Source of the DNA: an uncultured Candidatus Rokubacteria bacterium
Lineage (GTDB): Bacteria > Methylomirabilota > Methylomirabilia > Rokubacteriales > DASRDR01
Length of the DNA stretch: 64,000 nt
Reading direction: 5' to 3'
Assembly (NCBI GenBank): GCA_963805625.1
Contig: CAWDVE010000010.1
Location: 352,001 to 416,000, forward strand
In this document: positions 49,073 through 61,332 of the stretch, one piece after another
Layout of the letters: each line of letters starts with the position of its first letter
How positions within the stretch are numbered: position 1 is the first letter of the stretch
The notes under the pieces: model-generated
Databases searched by the model: none
What the model was told of the DNA's origin: nothing
The model's input: only the letters and a program-made list of their open reading frames with translations
Made by a program: the position numbers and the translations under genes

Positions 49073-51799
49073 CTAGCGGGGACCGCGCTCGCGCAGGGCC
49101 CGCAGGGCGTCCTCGAGCCGGCGCTGGGCTTCCCCGTAGGCGCTCCAGTCCCCCCGGCGGAGTGCGTCCTGGCCACGGGTCCACGCCTCCCAGGCGCGGC
49201 CGACCTGGCCGATGACGCCCTCGCCCATGGCCTCGCTCGACCCGGCCGCCGCCGGGCGGCTCGCCGGCGCCCCGGGCTGGCCCCCGAAGATCGACTGAAG
49301 GGCGGCGTCGAGCGTCTCGGCCATCGCGATCTGGTTGCCGTGAGCGACGATCACCCGCTTGAGCTCCGGGATCGAGCCCTTCTCCGCCGCCAGGTAGAGG
49401 GGCTGAACGTAGAGCAGCGACTCCTCCACCGGGATCGCCAGGAGGCTCCCACGGATTACCGTCGAGCCCCGCTGGCTCCACAGGGTGAGCTGCTGGGAGA
49501 TGACGGCGTCCTGGTCGATCCGCGCCCCGATCTGCCGGGGTCCGAAGACGAGGCGCTGCTTGGGGAACAGGAACGCCACCAGGCGCCCGTAGGCCGCCCC
49601 GTCGGAGCGGGCGGCGAGCCAGGCGATCATGTTGTCGCGGCGGAGTGGCGTGAAGGGCATCAGCAGGACGAACTCCTCGCGTGATTCACCGGGGATGCGC
49701 ATGATCGTGTAGTAGGGGTCGATCTCACGGTCGCGACCGCCCTCAGCCATGCGCGGCACCGACCAGAGGTCCTCCTTGTTGTAGAAAACCCGTGGATCCT
49801 GCATGTGGTACGTGGCGTACATCCGCGCCTGCACCGCAAAGAACCCCGCAGGGTACCGGACGTGCGCCCGGAGATCGGCTGGCATCGCCTCGATCGGCTC
49901 GAGGAGACCCGGGAACGTGGCCACGTAGGCGCGCACGAGCGGATCCTGCGCGTCCGAGACGTAGAAGCGCACGCTCCCGTCGTAGGCGTCGACGACCACC
50001 TTGACGGCATTCCGGACGTAGTTGCCGAGTCCGGGGACGCGCTCGGCGTACGGATATCGGTCGGTGGCGGTGTAGCCGTCGAGCAGCCAGGCGAGGCGAC
50101 CGTCCGCGCGGATCACGAGGTAGGGATCGGTGTCGAAGCGGAAGAATGGGGCGATCCGGCGCACGCGCTCGCCGATCTGGCGGTGGAACAGCACCCGGCT
50201 ATCGGACGTGATCTCGGGGCTCAGGAGGATGCGGTAGGAGCCGAACCGGATCGACAGGACGAGCCGCCGCCAGAGGGAGCCCACCTGGACCCCGCCCTGC
50301 CCTTGGTAGGTCGTGTAGACGTTCTCGTCGCCGGAGGGATAGTCGATCTCCTGGGAGCGCGTCCGGACGAACACGTATTCGTTCGAGGCCTCGCCGTAGT
50401 AGATCTCCGGTCGGGTAATGCGGAGCGAGGCCTTTGCGGCCGCGGGCGGGATGTCCTTGACGTAGAGCTCAGGTAGCCCGTCGGTGGTGATGCGGTTGAC
50501 GGGCCCCACGACCGCGCCATACCCGTGCGTGTACTGGAGGTGCTCGTTGATCCACAAGAGGTCGGCGTCCCGGCCTTGGACGTCGCGCGGGAGGTTCTGA
50601 TACGAGAGCTCGCGGGCCGACAGCATCACCTGCCGGTACTCCCCGTCGATGACGTAGCGGTCGTTGTCGACGTCGGCGAACCGGTAGTAGGTCCGGATCT
50701 CCTGCAGCTGCGCAAAGGTGAGGAGGAGCGGCGCGTGGTCCCAGAGGCGCACGTTCCTGAGCGTTGGCGCGTTGCGAGCCAGGTCGGCCTGGGTCAGTGT
50801 CTCCCGGGCCGGGAAGTCGCGCTCCTCGATGCGATCGAGGGCGAACGCCCGCCGCGTCAGGTGGATGTGATGGGCGATGTAGGGGCTCTCCGCCACCAGG
50901 GCGTTCGGGGCGACGCGCAGGCGCTGCACCAGCGTCGGGAACACCCAGAGGCCACCGATCCACCCGGCGGCTAGCACGACGAGGCCGGCCAGGACGGGGC
51001 GGGTGCTGCGTCGGAAGACCTGGGCGAGCGCGGTGAGCCCGCAGAGCATCGCGAGGGCGGCCAGCCACCCGAGCGCCGGCAGCGTCGCGTGCACGTCCGT
51101 GTAGGTCGCGCCGAGGACGGCCCCACGCTGCGAGTACAGGAGATCGTAGCGGTCGAGCCAGAAATCGGCTGCCTTGGCGAAGAGGAGGAGCGCCAGCAGC
51201 CCCAGGAGGTGCGCCCGCGCCCGGGCGGTGATCACCGGGCCTCGCGCCGTCAGGACGAGGACGCGGCCCAGGAAGTAGACGAGGGCCGTCACGGCCAGAG
51301 CGAGCAGGAGTATTCCGAAGATCCAGGTGAGCGCTCGCTGCCACAGCGGGAGCTGGAACACGTAGAAGGCGACGTCCTGCTGGAACAGCGGGTCCAGCAC
51401 CCCGAATGGCTGGGCGTTCCGGTAGAGCAGGGCCGCCTGCCATTCGGAGCTGGCGGACAGCCCCACCAGGATGGACAGGGTGGCGGTCACCGGCGTGATC
51501 AGCCGCTGGAGCAGCGGCTCCAGTACCACCCGGCTGGGCAGCCCGAGGGGCTCCTCGAGCTCCCAGAACACGTCCGGCGGCCGCGCGCGGACGGCGACGC
51601 GCAGGTTCAGGATGAGGAACAGGAAGGTCAGGAGCCCGACTCCGATCAGGATGCTGCCGCGTGTCGCGGCGATTCGCAGGAAGACGGCCAGGTAGCCGAC
51701 CTCCTCGAACCAGAGCCAGTCGGTGTAGAAGGGCACGGCCTCGAAGGCCAGGACGGCTGCCACCCCGATCAGGACCAGGAGCAGGGCCCGCCTGGTCAG
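49073..51799 (-). CDS. UPF0182 family membrane protein; probable CTG start
   Basis: YTDWLWFEEVGY, NVRLWD, LQEIRTYY, YTHGYG, PEIYYGE, NYVRNAVK. Confidence 0.92.
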   Translation of the reverse strand: MTRRALLLVLIGVAAVLAFEAVPFYTDWLWFEEVGYLAVFLRIAATRGSILIGVGLLTFLFLILNLRVAVRARPPDVFWELEEPLGLPSRVVLEPLLQRLITPVTATLSILVGLSASSEWQAALLYRNAQPFGVLDPLFQQDVAFYVFQLPLWQRALTWIFGILLLALAVTALVYFLGRVLVLTARGPVITARARAHLLGLLALLLFAKAADFWLDRYDLLYSQRGAVLGATYTDVHATLPALGWLAALAMLCGLTALAQVFRRSTRPVLAGLVVLAAGWIGGLWVFPTLVQRLRVAPNALVAESPYIAHHIHLTRRAFALDRIEERDFPARETLTQADLARNAPTLRNVRLWDHAPLLLTFAQLQEIRTYYRFADVDNDRYVIDGEYRQVMLSARELSYQNLPRDVQGRDADLLWINEHLQYTHGYGAVVGPVNRITTDGLPELYVKDIPPAAAKASLRITRPEIYYGEASNEYVFVRTRSQEIDYPSGDENVYTTYQGQGGVQVGSLWRRLVLSIRFGSYRILLSPEITSDSRVLFHRQIGERVRRIAPFFRFDTDPYLVIRADGRLAWLLDGYTATDRYPYAERVPGLGNYVRNAVKVVVDAYDGSVRFYVSDAQDPLVRAYVATFPGLLEPIEAMPADLRAHVRYPAGFFAVQARMYATYHMQDPRVFYNKEDLWSVPRMAEGGRDREIDPYYTIMRIPGESREEFVLLMPFTPLRRDNMIAWLAARSDGAAYGRLVAFLFPKQRLVFGPRQIGARIDQDAVISQQLTLWSQRGSTVIRGSLLAIPVEESLLYVQPLYLAAEKGSIPELKRVIVAHGNQIAMAETLDAALQSIFGGQPGAPASRPAAAGSSEAMGEGVIGQVGRAWEAWTRGQDALRRGDWSAYGEAQRRLEDALRALRERGPR

Positions 51800-52533
51800 C
51801 GCCGATCCTCCTCGATCTCGTAGTCCAGCCGTCGCCGTGCCATCCAGCGCACGGCGAAGAGATCGGCGAGCCCTGCCCAGAGGCGGCCCCAGTTCCCGTA
51901 CTTCGAGACGCCGGCTCGTCGGGGCCGGTGGGATACGGGCACTTCCGTCACCCGCATGCCCTCCATCTGCAGGAGCGCGGGCAGGAACCGGTGCATGCCC
52001 CGGTAGAGATGCAGACCCTGGACGGCCTCGCGCCGGAACGCCTTGAGCGTGCACCCTGTGTCGTGGACCCCGTCGTGAGTGAACCGATCCCGCACCCTGT
52101 TGGCGACGCGCGAGGCGATCCGCTTGGTCCAGGGATCGCGCCGATCGACGCGCCAGCCGCAGACGGCATCCTGGCCGGGGAGGGCGGCGAGAAGCTTCGG
52201 AATGTCGTGGGGGTCGTTCTGGAGGTCGGCGTCCATGGTGACGACGACCGCTCCGCGGGCACCCTGGAAGCCGGCGTGGAGGGCCGCGGTCTGCCCTGCG
52301 TTCGTGCGGAAGCGAAGGACGCGGACCCTGGGATCCGCGTCGGCCAGCCGGCGGAGCACGTCGCCAGTGCCGTCGGTGGAGCCGTCGTCCACGAACAAGA
52401 TCTCGAAGGGCTGGCCATGGCCTTCGAGGACATCGGCCAGCTCCCGACAGCAGGCCTCGACGTTGGCCTGCTCGTTGTAGGCGGGGATGACCACGGTGAG
52501 CGCGGGCGATGCCCGGGACGGCACCTCCGCCAT
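51796..52533 (-). CDS. GT2 polyprenyl-phosphate glycosyltransferase (ArnC/Dpm1-like)
   Basis: VIPAYNE, VDDGSTD, MDADLQNDP, DTGCTLK, MHRFLP. Confidence 0.92.
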   Translation of the reverse strand: MAEVPSRASPALTVVIPAYNEQANVEACCRELADVLEGHGQPFEILFVDDGSTDGTGDVLRRLADADPRVRVLRFRTNAGQTAALHAGFQGARGAVVVTMDADLQNDPHDIPKLLAALPGQDAVCGWRVDRRDPWTKRIASRVANRVRDRFTHDGVHDTGCTLKAFRREAVQGLHLYRGMHRFLPALLQMEGMRVTEVPVSHRPRRAGVSKYGNWGRLWAGLADLFAVRWMARRRLDYEIEEDRR

Positions 52534-52552
52534 GCCTGGTCTCTCCCTCCTT

Positions 52553-54082
52553 TCAGTACCGGATCCGGCCGGCCGGCATCGGTGTTCCGCGGAAGCCGTA
52601 CGCGCGGTGGAGACTGAACATGCGAATCATCCGCTCCCCTTGCGTGATCCGCAGCACGATCGGGGGGTCGACGCGGACGAACGCGGCGCGGACGCGCCTG
52701 TCGAGGCCATTGGCGCCTTCCTCCACGTACACCGCGTCCCAACCCAGGCGGGAGTCGGGGCCCTCCCAGAAGTCGTACTGATTCAGCCGACGGCCCAGGT
52801 TGAAATTATACGCGGGAGGCCGTCCCGGCACGTAGAAGGCGAGCTCGCTGGTGACCTGGTAGCGGTTGGACACCAGGAAGGTGCGCTGCGGATCCGGCAT
52901 CCGTTCTACGGTCATCCCCACCGCGCGCCCGAGCTCGCCCCAGCCGCGGAGCCGTGTCGTGGGATCGAGCCCGCGCGGCAGATCCAGGCGGCCGATGACG
53001 TGGCCAATCGCGCAGAAGCTCAGGGCCACCACGCTCGCGATGACCAGGAGCCGGGTCTGGGCTCGGCGCGGCGCCGCCGCCAGCCCGGCCCGGCGCTCGA
53101 GAAGGAAGCCGGCGGTCGCGAGGGCGAGAGGCGGATACGCGGCGGCCGCCCAGTTCGCCTGGACCTTGCCCTGCAGCCCGACCACGAGATATGTCCCCAG
53201 CACAGGCGCCGCGAAAGCGAGCAGGAACCGGTAGGGCTCCCGGCGGCGTACGAAGCCTTCGCGCACGCCGACCCAGAGACCCCACCCGAGGAGCGCCGCG
53301 ATGACCGGCGTGAGCACCAAGATCTGGGACCCCAGGAACTCCGCGAGGTGCTCGAGCGTGAAGCCTCCACCCCGCCCCTGGCTGGCCACGTGCCGGGCCG
53401 TGACCCAGCCCGTCCGCGCGTTCCAGATCAGCACCGGCGCGAGGGCCACCAGCGCGGTCAGAAGCGCCAGGGCCGGCCCCTGCGACCGAAACGAAGACCG
53501 GCGCTCCGGCGCAAGCCAGAGGTAGAGCGCCAGACCGGGCAGGACGAAGAGCATCGTGTACTTTGCGAGACTCCCCACCCCCACCGCGAGCCCCAGGAGG
53601 AGCCACGCCACGGCCCCTCCTCCGGCGAGAGCCCGTTGAGCCGCCCACAATGCGAGGGTCCAGGCGACGACGAACGGCGAGTCGATGGTCGTGAGGAGGC
53701 TGCCCGCCCACACGAGGGGCGTGAGCTGGAGTCCGGTCACGGCGAGCGCTCCGGGCTCGGGCTGCCCGAACAGCTCACGGCCGAGTCGGTAGATCGCCCA
53801 CGCGCCGACGAGGCTCAGGCCGACGGCGCCGAGGCGGATGCCGAACGCGGACGTTCCGAACACGGTCGTGAGCCCTGCGATGAGGTACGCGATGAGAGGG
53901 CCCTTCGAGTAGTACGAGAGATCGAGCCGGCGCGACCATTCCCAGTAGTGCGCCTCGTCCGGCGAGAGGTCGAGGCCGCCCCACGCCAGGAAAGCAAGCC
54001 TGAGTCCCGTCAGGATGACCAAGACGGCAGCGACCAGGAGCCCCACGCGGCTCCACGACGGCACGGGGCTGGGCTCGTTCAA
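52553..54082 (-). CDS. ArnT/GT39-like (GT-C) glycosyltransferase
   Basis: DLSPDEAHYWEWS, YYSKGPL, LAKYT; TTG start overlapping the upstream stop (TTGA). Confidence 0.88.
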   Translation of the reverse strand: MNEPSPVPSWSRVGLLVAAVLVILTGLRLAFLAWGGLDLSPDEAHYWEWSRRLDLSYYSKGPLIAYLIAGLTTVFGTSAFGIRLGAVGLSLVGAWAIYRLGRELFGQPEPGALAVTGLQLTPLVWAGSLLTTIDSPFVVAWTLALWAAQRALAGGGAVAWLLLGLAVGVGSLAKYTMLFVLPGLALYLWLAPERRSSFRSQGPALALLTALVALAPVLIWNARTGWVTARHVASQGRGGGFTLEHLAEFLGSQILVLTPVIAALLGWGLWVGVREGFVRRREPYRFLLAFAAPVLGTYLVVGLQGKVQANWAAAAYPPLALATAGFLLERRAGLAAAPRRAQTRLLVIASVVALSFCAIGHVIGRLDLPRGLDPTTRLRGWGELGRAVGMTVERMPDPQRTFLVSNRYQVTSELAFYVPGRPPAYNFNLGRRLNQYDFWEGPDSRLGWDAVYVEEGANGLDRRVRAAFVRVDPPIVLRITQGERMIRMFSLHRAYGFRGTPMPAGRIRY

Positions 54083-55293
54083 CCGCGGACGTATACGGGG
54101 TTCGAGAAGATCCATGGCCGATACGCCACGCCGCCGATGGGAAACAGATCGACACGCAGGTCGACCTCGACGCGGTACACGCCGGGTCCAGGGAGCGGGA
54201 TGCGGAGAAGCGTGTCGGCCGGCGCCTCGTGGAAAATCGCGCCGTCACGCAGAAGTCGAACCATCGCGTCGCCGACGGGCGGGATCTCGATGAGGGCGGC
54301 CTGCCCGGGCCTGAAGGGTACCGTCGCGCCCATGAGCGCCCGGTCCTCGCCGAGCCGGACCTCGAACCGGAAACCCTCGGCCGGCGCGAAGCCGTCGAAG
54401 GCGTTGTAGAAGCGCCCCGCCCGCATGGCGCGGTAGACGCGCAGACGGTCCGCCGCGTCGCGGCGCAGCGGCTCGGCAGTGACGAAGTGGAGCCGTCCCA
54501 GCCGAAACGCGGTCTCGTGCGACGGGACCACCAAGTCGGTCTCCTCCGTCAGCGCGATGCCCCCGTGGGCATCCAGGGCGAGGACGCCCAGCGTCGGGCT
54601 CTTCTGGCTCATGCCGTCCCACCGGGCGAGTACCGCCCGCGGCCAGTGGATCCAGGACAGGACTGCCATGACCGGGTTGGCGGGATAGGCAGCCAGACCC
54701 ATGACCTTCCGGCCGAAGGGGACCGCCATCAGCTGGTCGAAGACATCGATGACCTCGAGGCCATCGATCTCCGGCACGGAATGGCGCCACCGGAGCCGGG
54801 GGTGCTCGGGATGCGCGAGGAGGACGATGGCCCCGGCCTCCCGGTAGCCGCGGACCAGCTCGTCGAGCGCGAATCCACGAGCACGCGTCGGCAGGTCCGA
54901 GCGCGGGTCGAGGACCAGGAGATACCCGGAGCCCGTCGTGATCTCGGCTCCGACGAGGACCAGCACTTCTCCGTGCCACCCCTCCTTGTCGTCGGCCAGG
55001 GGCGCGAGGGTGTTGTGGTCGGTGAGGAAGACCACGCGGACGCCGGCCCGGCTCGCCGCGGCCGCCACCTCCTCGACGCTGCCCCGGCCGTCGTGGGAAT
55101 AGCTCGAGTGCACGTGGAGGACTGCGGTGTACTCGGACAGGTCGGAGGCCGGCGGCCAGCCGGGACGCGCCACCAGGGGTTCCAGGGACGCGACGGCACC
55201 GTAGCCGACACCGAGCCCGAGGACCAGGAGGATGGCAAGCACCCCCCAGAGGCGACGCCACCGTCGCCGACGCGGCTCAGCGGGCGCCGGCAT
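54079..55293 (-). CDS. Membrane-anchored PHP-domain phosphoesterase-like protein
   Basis: LHVHSSYSHDG, LTDHN, GAE, AHP, DAH; ends FSNPVYV. Confidence 0.85.
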   Translation of the reverse strand: MPAPAEPRRRRWRRLWGVLAILLVLGLGVGYGAVASLEPLVARPGWPPASDLSEYTAVLHVHSSYSHDGRGSVEEVAAAASRAGVRVVFLTDHNTLAPLADDKEGWHGEVLVLVGAEITTGSGYLLVLDPRSDLPTRARGFALDELVRGYREAGAIVLLAHPEHPRLRWRHSVPEIDGLEVIDVFDQLMAVPFGRKVMGLAAYPANPVMAVLSWIHWPRAVLARWDGMSQKSPTLGVLALDAHGGIALTEETDLVVPSHETAFRLGRLHFVTAEPLRRDAADRLRVYRAMRAGRFYNAFDGFAPAEGFRFEVRLGEDRALMGATVPFRPGQAALIEIPPVGDAMVRLLRDGAIFHEAPADTLLRIPLPGPGVYRVEVDLRVDLFPIGGVAYRPWIFSNPVYVRG

Positions 55294-55317
55294 CCAGCGC
55301 GGCGAGGAGCACCCGGT

Positions 55318-57767
<2,450 letters not shown>

Positions 57768-57943
57768 CTGGCCCTCCTGAATGGCCTGCCGTGCGGTCGG
57801 GTGCGCTGGGGAGCGAGCCCGCAACCGGGTCACTTTAGCATGGGCCGCTACGCCTCTCAAGGCGCGGACACCATTTTCGCGGCCTGGCGAAGGCCAGGGC
57901 GCGCCGATTCAGGCCGCGCACCGCCCGTGCCGTTGCCGGACGG

Positions 57944-58324
57944 TCAGGGCCGGCTCGTGCCCTCGCGGCCGTACAGGTCCCGGAGGCGCACGACGTCGTC
58001 GAGCTCGGGCGTGGAGACCTCGAGGACATCCGAGTCCTCGATCGCCTCGATCGTGTGGATCTCGCCGGGTCGGTTCCGCCAGGCGTGTCCCTCCACGATC
58101 TCGGTGCTCGTGAGGCGATCCTCGCTGGGGCCCTTGGTCAAGAGGAGCCGGCCGCGCAAGAGGTAGCTCGCCTCGTCCTTCTCGCGGTGGTACTGGAGCG
58201 ACAGCCGGTGCCCGTGGCGGACGTGCAGAATCTTGCCGACGTAGCGGTCCGTCCACGCATACCAGATCTCGTAGCCCCAGGGCTTGTCGATCCGCACCGG
58301 CAGGCGGTCGGGGGAGACGTCCAC
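57944..58324 (-). CDS. Cupin-domain protein (mannose-6-phosphate isomerase C-terminal-like)
   Basis: KPWGYE, LSLQYHREKDE, EVSTPELDDVVRL. Confidence 0.85.
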   Translation of the reverse strand: MDVSPDRLPVRIDKPWGYEIWYAWTDRYVGKILHVRHGHRLSLQYHREKDEASYLLRGRLLLTKGPSEDRLTSTEIVEGHAWRNRPGEIHTIEAIEDSDVLEVSTPELDDVVRLRDLYGREGTSRP

Positions 58325-58349
58325 GCTCGGTTTCTCTGGCCCGCGGGCG

Positions 58350-59258
58350 TCAGCCCGCGCGCTCCACGTCCCGGTGCGTCACGTTGACCGGGATGTCGTG
58401 GGTCTCCACGAATCCCCGCAGCTCCTCCACCAGAGCGACCGAGCGGTGACGGCCTCCCGTGCACCCGATGGCCACAGTGAGGTAGGCCTTGCCCTCCTTC
58501 TGGTAGCGCGGCAGCAGGTATCCGAGGAACTCGCGGAGCCGCGTGATCAGCTCGCGGCCCTCGGGCTGGTCGATCACGAACTGCCGGACGCTGGTCGCCC
58601 GCCCGTCTTGCGCCTTCAGGGTCTCGATGAAGAAGGGATTGGGGAGGAACCGGCAGTCGAAGACGAGATCCGCCTCGTAGGGCACGCCGAACTTGTAGCC
58701 GAACGACAGCAGGTTGACGCTCAGCCCCGGCGCGGCCGCCTCGCCGTACAGCTCGACCAGGCGCTGCCGGAGCTCGTGGACCGTGATCTGGGAGGTGTCG
58801 ATCACGCGGTCGGCCAGCTCTCGCAGGTTCGCCAGGAGCTTGCGCTCCTCACGGATGCCGTCCAGCAGCGACCCCGACGACACCGGGTGGCGACGTCGGG
58901 TCTCGTGGTACCGTCGCACGAGGGCCTCCTCCGAGGCCTCGAGAAAGAGCACCTCCGTGAGATACCCGGCGCCGCGGAGCTCACCCAGCACCTCGACGAC
59001 CGAGTGGAGGTACTCGCGCTCCCGGATGTCGACGCCAAGCGCGATGCGGCCGATGCGGCGTGTCGAGTGCGCACACAGCTCGGCGAACGTCGGGATCAGC
59101 GTGGTTGGCAGGTTGTCCACGCAGTAGTAGCCCATGTCCTCGAAACACTTGATGGTCCAGCTTTTTCCGGCCCCGGACAGGCCGGTAATGATGATGAGGC
59201 GCAGCCGGTCACCCTGCTCCGTCTCGGCGAGAAGCGCCCTAGCCGGCGGGCTCGACAA
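58350..59258 (-). CDS. rapZ: RNase adapter RapZ (P-loop)
   Basis: ITGLSGAGKS, VDNLP, SFGYKFG, GCTGGRHRSV. Confidence 0.96.
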   Translation of the reverse strand: MSSPPARALLAETEQGDRLRLIIITGLSGAGKSWTIKCFEDMGYYCVDNLPTTLIPTFAELCAHSTRRIGRIALGVDIREREYLHSVVEVLGELRGAGYLTEVLFLEASEEALVRRYHETRRRHPVSSGSLLDGIREERKLLANLRELADRVIDTSQITVHELRQRLVELYGEAAAPGLSVNLLSFGYKFGVPYEADLVFDCRFLPNPFFIETLKAQDGRATSVRQFVIDQPEGRELITRLREFLGYLLPRYQKEGKAYLTVAIGCTGGRHRSVALVEELRGFVETHDIPVNVTHRDVERAG

Positions 59259-59787
59259 GCTCCACCGTTCTGTCGGGGCGTCGCCGCAGGACGTTGACGG
59301 CGCCCGTCCGCGCGTTCCGGAAGACCAGCAGGCCGTCGGTCTTCAGGCGCAGCTGGTCGACCGCCTCCTCGAGCGACATCGGCTTCGCGTTGGTCCGCCG
59401 GATCACCATCGGTGGCTCCGACGGCGCCTCGTCGACCGGCTCCGGAGTGCTGCCGATCCCGGGTTGCGGCGCCAGGCGGCTTCGCGACGGCCGGGGCTTC
59501 TTGGCGGTGACGCGCTCCTTCTTCCGGCGGATCTGCGCGGACAGGGCGGCGAGCGCTTGGTCGACGGCCGCGTGGAAGCCGGGAGCCTCGCCCTCGACGT
59601 GGAACGTCGCGCGCTTCGCCTGGAGCGTGACCTCCGCGAGATGGCGATGGCGCTCGGTGGCCAGAACGACACGGGCCTCGATCAGCTTCGGGAAGAGGCG
59701 CTGCATCTTGGCGATCTTCGCCTCGATCCGGCGGCGGAGCTCCGGAGAGACGCTCACGCCGCCGCGTCCCGCCAGATGGAGGACCAT
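59239..59787 (-). CDS. hpf: Ribosome hibernation factor (long HPF)
   Basis: Directly after rpoN; RaiA-like domain plus C-terminal KPMSLEEAV...VFRN. Confidence 0.88.
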   Translation of the reverse strand: MVLHLAGRGGVSVSPELRRRIEAKIAKMQRLFPKLIEARVVLATERHRHLAEVTLQAKRATFHVEGEAPGFHAAVDQALAALSAQIRRKKERVTAKKPRPSRSRLAPQPGIGSTPEPVDEAPSEPPMVIRRTNAKPMSLEEAVDQLRLKTDGLLVFRNARTGAVNVLRRRPDRTVELVEPAG

Positions 59788-59793
59788 GCTCGG

Positions 59794-61257
59794 TCAGGTG
59801 CGCTTGCGCACGGCGAGCCGGCGCTGGTGCGAAGGGAGGATGCCGAGCTCCTCGCGGTACTTCGCAACGGTTCGGCGCGCAATCGTCAGGCCCTCCTCGC
59901 GAAGCGCGCGGGTGATGTCCTGGTCGGACAGGGGTTTTGCCAGCTCCTCCTTCGCCACCAGATCCTCGATCATCTTCTTGACGCTGACGGAGGAGATCTC
60001 GTCCCCCTGGGCCTTGGCGATCCCGCTATGGAAGAAGAACTTGAGCGGCAGGACCCCCTGCGGGGTCTCCACGAACTTGCTCGTCGTCACACGGCTAACC
60101 GTCGACTCGTGCATACGGATGTCCTCGGCCACGTCACGGAGGGACAGCGGCCGGAGGTGCGGGAGCCCCTTGTCCAGGAACGCGCGCTGGAACTGGACGA
60201 TGGAGTTTGTGACCTTGTAGAGGGTCTTCTGGCGCTGCTGGATGCTCTTGATCAGCCAGAGGGCGGACCGCATGCGGTCCTCGACGTAGCGCCGCGCCTC
60301 GTCCCCCTGCCCGATGACGTTTCGGTAGTACGAGTTGACCCGGAGTCTCGGCATGCCATCTTCGTTGAGGATGATGGCGTAGTCGTCCCCGACCTTCTTC
60401 ACCAGGACGTCCGGCACGACGTACCGGGTCTCGACCGACGCGAAGCGGCGCCCGGGCTTCGGTTCCAGCGTCGCGATCTCGTGCACGGCCTCGATCACGC
60501 GCTCCTGATCCACCTTCAGCGCCCGGGCGATCTCGGGATACTTGCAGCGCTGGAGCGCTTCGAAGTGCTGGTCGAGGATCTCGACGGCCAGCGGGCTCGC
60601 GATCGGCGAGCGGCTCGCATCGCGAAGCTGGATGAGCAGGCACTCGCGGAGGTCCCGCGCACCCACGCCGATGGGATCGAACCCTTGCACCAGGGTAAGC
60701 GCCTGCTGGACCACCGGGAGCGGAAGGCTTCGCTTCTCCGCGATCTCCTCGATCGTCGCCCGCAGGTAGCCGTCCTCGTCGAGGTTGCCGATGATCTCTT
60801 CGGCGGCGACGCGGACCTCGGGCTCGACGACCGTCAGGCGGAGCTGCTCGTCCAAGTGGTCCGCCAGCGAGGTCGGGGTCCCGACGAAATTCTCGTACCG
60901 CGTCTCCTCGTGCTCCTCCTGCTGGACGAGGCTGCGTTCCTCCGGGGGCCCGAAGATCACCTCCGAGATGTCGAACGGGAGGTCCGGGGCCGCTTCGCCC
61001 GCCTCGGACGTCGCCATCTCGGGCGCCGCCTCAGCGCGCGGACCCTCGGGCACGGCCTCTCCTTGACCTTCGCCCTCGGGGCCGGGCGCCTCGTCGGGCG
61101 GGGCCTCCTCGAGGAGGGGATTCTCTTCCAGCTCCTTCTGCAGGAGCTCCTGGAGCTCCACCGTGGAGAGCTGCAGGAGGTGGATCGCCTGCTGGAGCAT
61201 CGGCGTCATGACGAGACGCTGGGTCTGGCGGAGGCTGAGTCGGGCTTCCATGGCCAT
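59794..61257 (-). CDS. rpoN: RNA polymerase sigma-54
   Basis: LQQAIHLLQL, HESTVSR, RpoN box ARRTVAKYR. Confidence 0.97.
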   Translation of the reverse strand: MAMEARLSLRQTQRLVMTPMLQQAIHLLQLSTVELQELLQKELEENPLLEEAPPDEAPGPEGEGQGEAVPEGPRAEAAPEMATSEAGEAAPDLPFDISEVIFGPPEERSLVQQEEHEETRYENFVGTPTSLADHLDEQLRLTVVEPEVRVAAEEIIGNLDEDGYLRATIEEIAEKRSLPLPVVQQALTLVQGFDPIGVGARDLRECLLIQLRDASRSPIASPLAVEILDQHFEALQRCKYPEIARALKVDQERVIEAVHEIATLEPKPGRRFASVETRYVVPDVLVKKVGDDYAIILNEDGMPRLRVNSYYRNVIGQGDEARRYVEDRMRSALWLIKSIQQRQKTLYKVTNSIVQFQRAFLDKGLPHLRPLSLRDVAEDIRMHESTVSRVTTSKFVETPQGVLPLKFFFHSGIAKAQGDEISSVSVKKMIEDLVAKEELAKPLSDQDITRALREEGLTIARRTVAKYREELGILPSHQRRLAVRKRT

Positions 61258-61332
61258 CGGCAGGTGTCCTATCCGGCGGTCACGACGGCCGTGGGGGCGG
61301 CCCCTGCGGCGGCCGGCACGCCCCGCGGGAGG

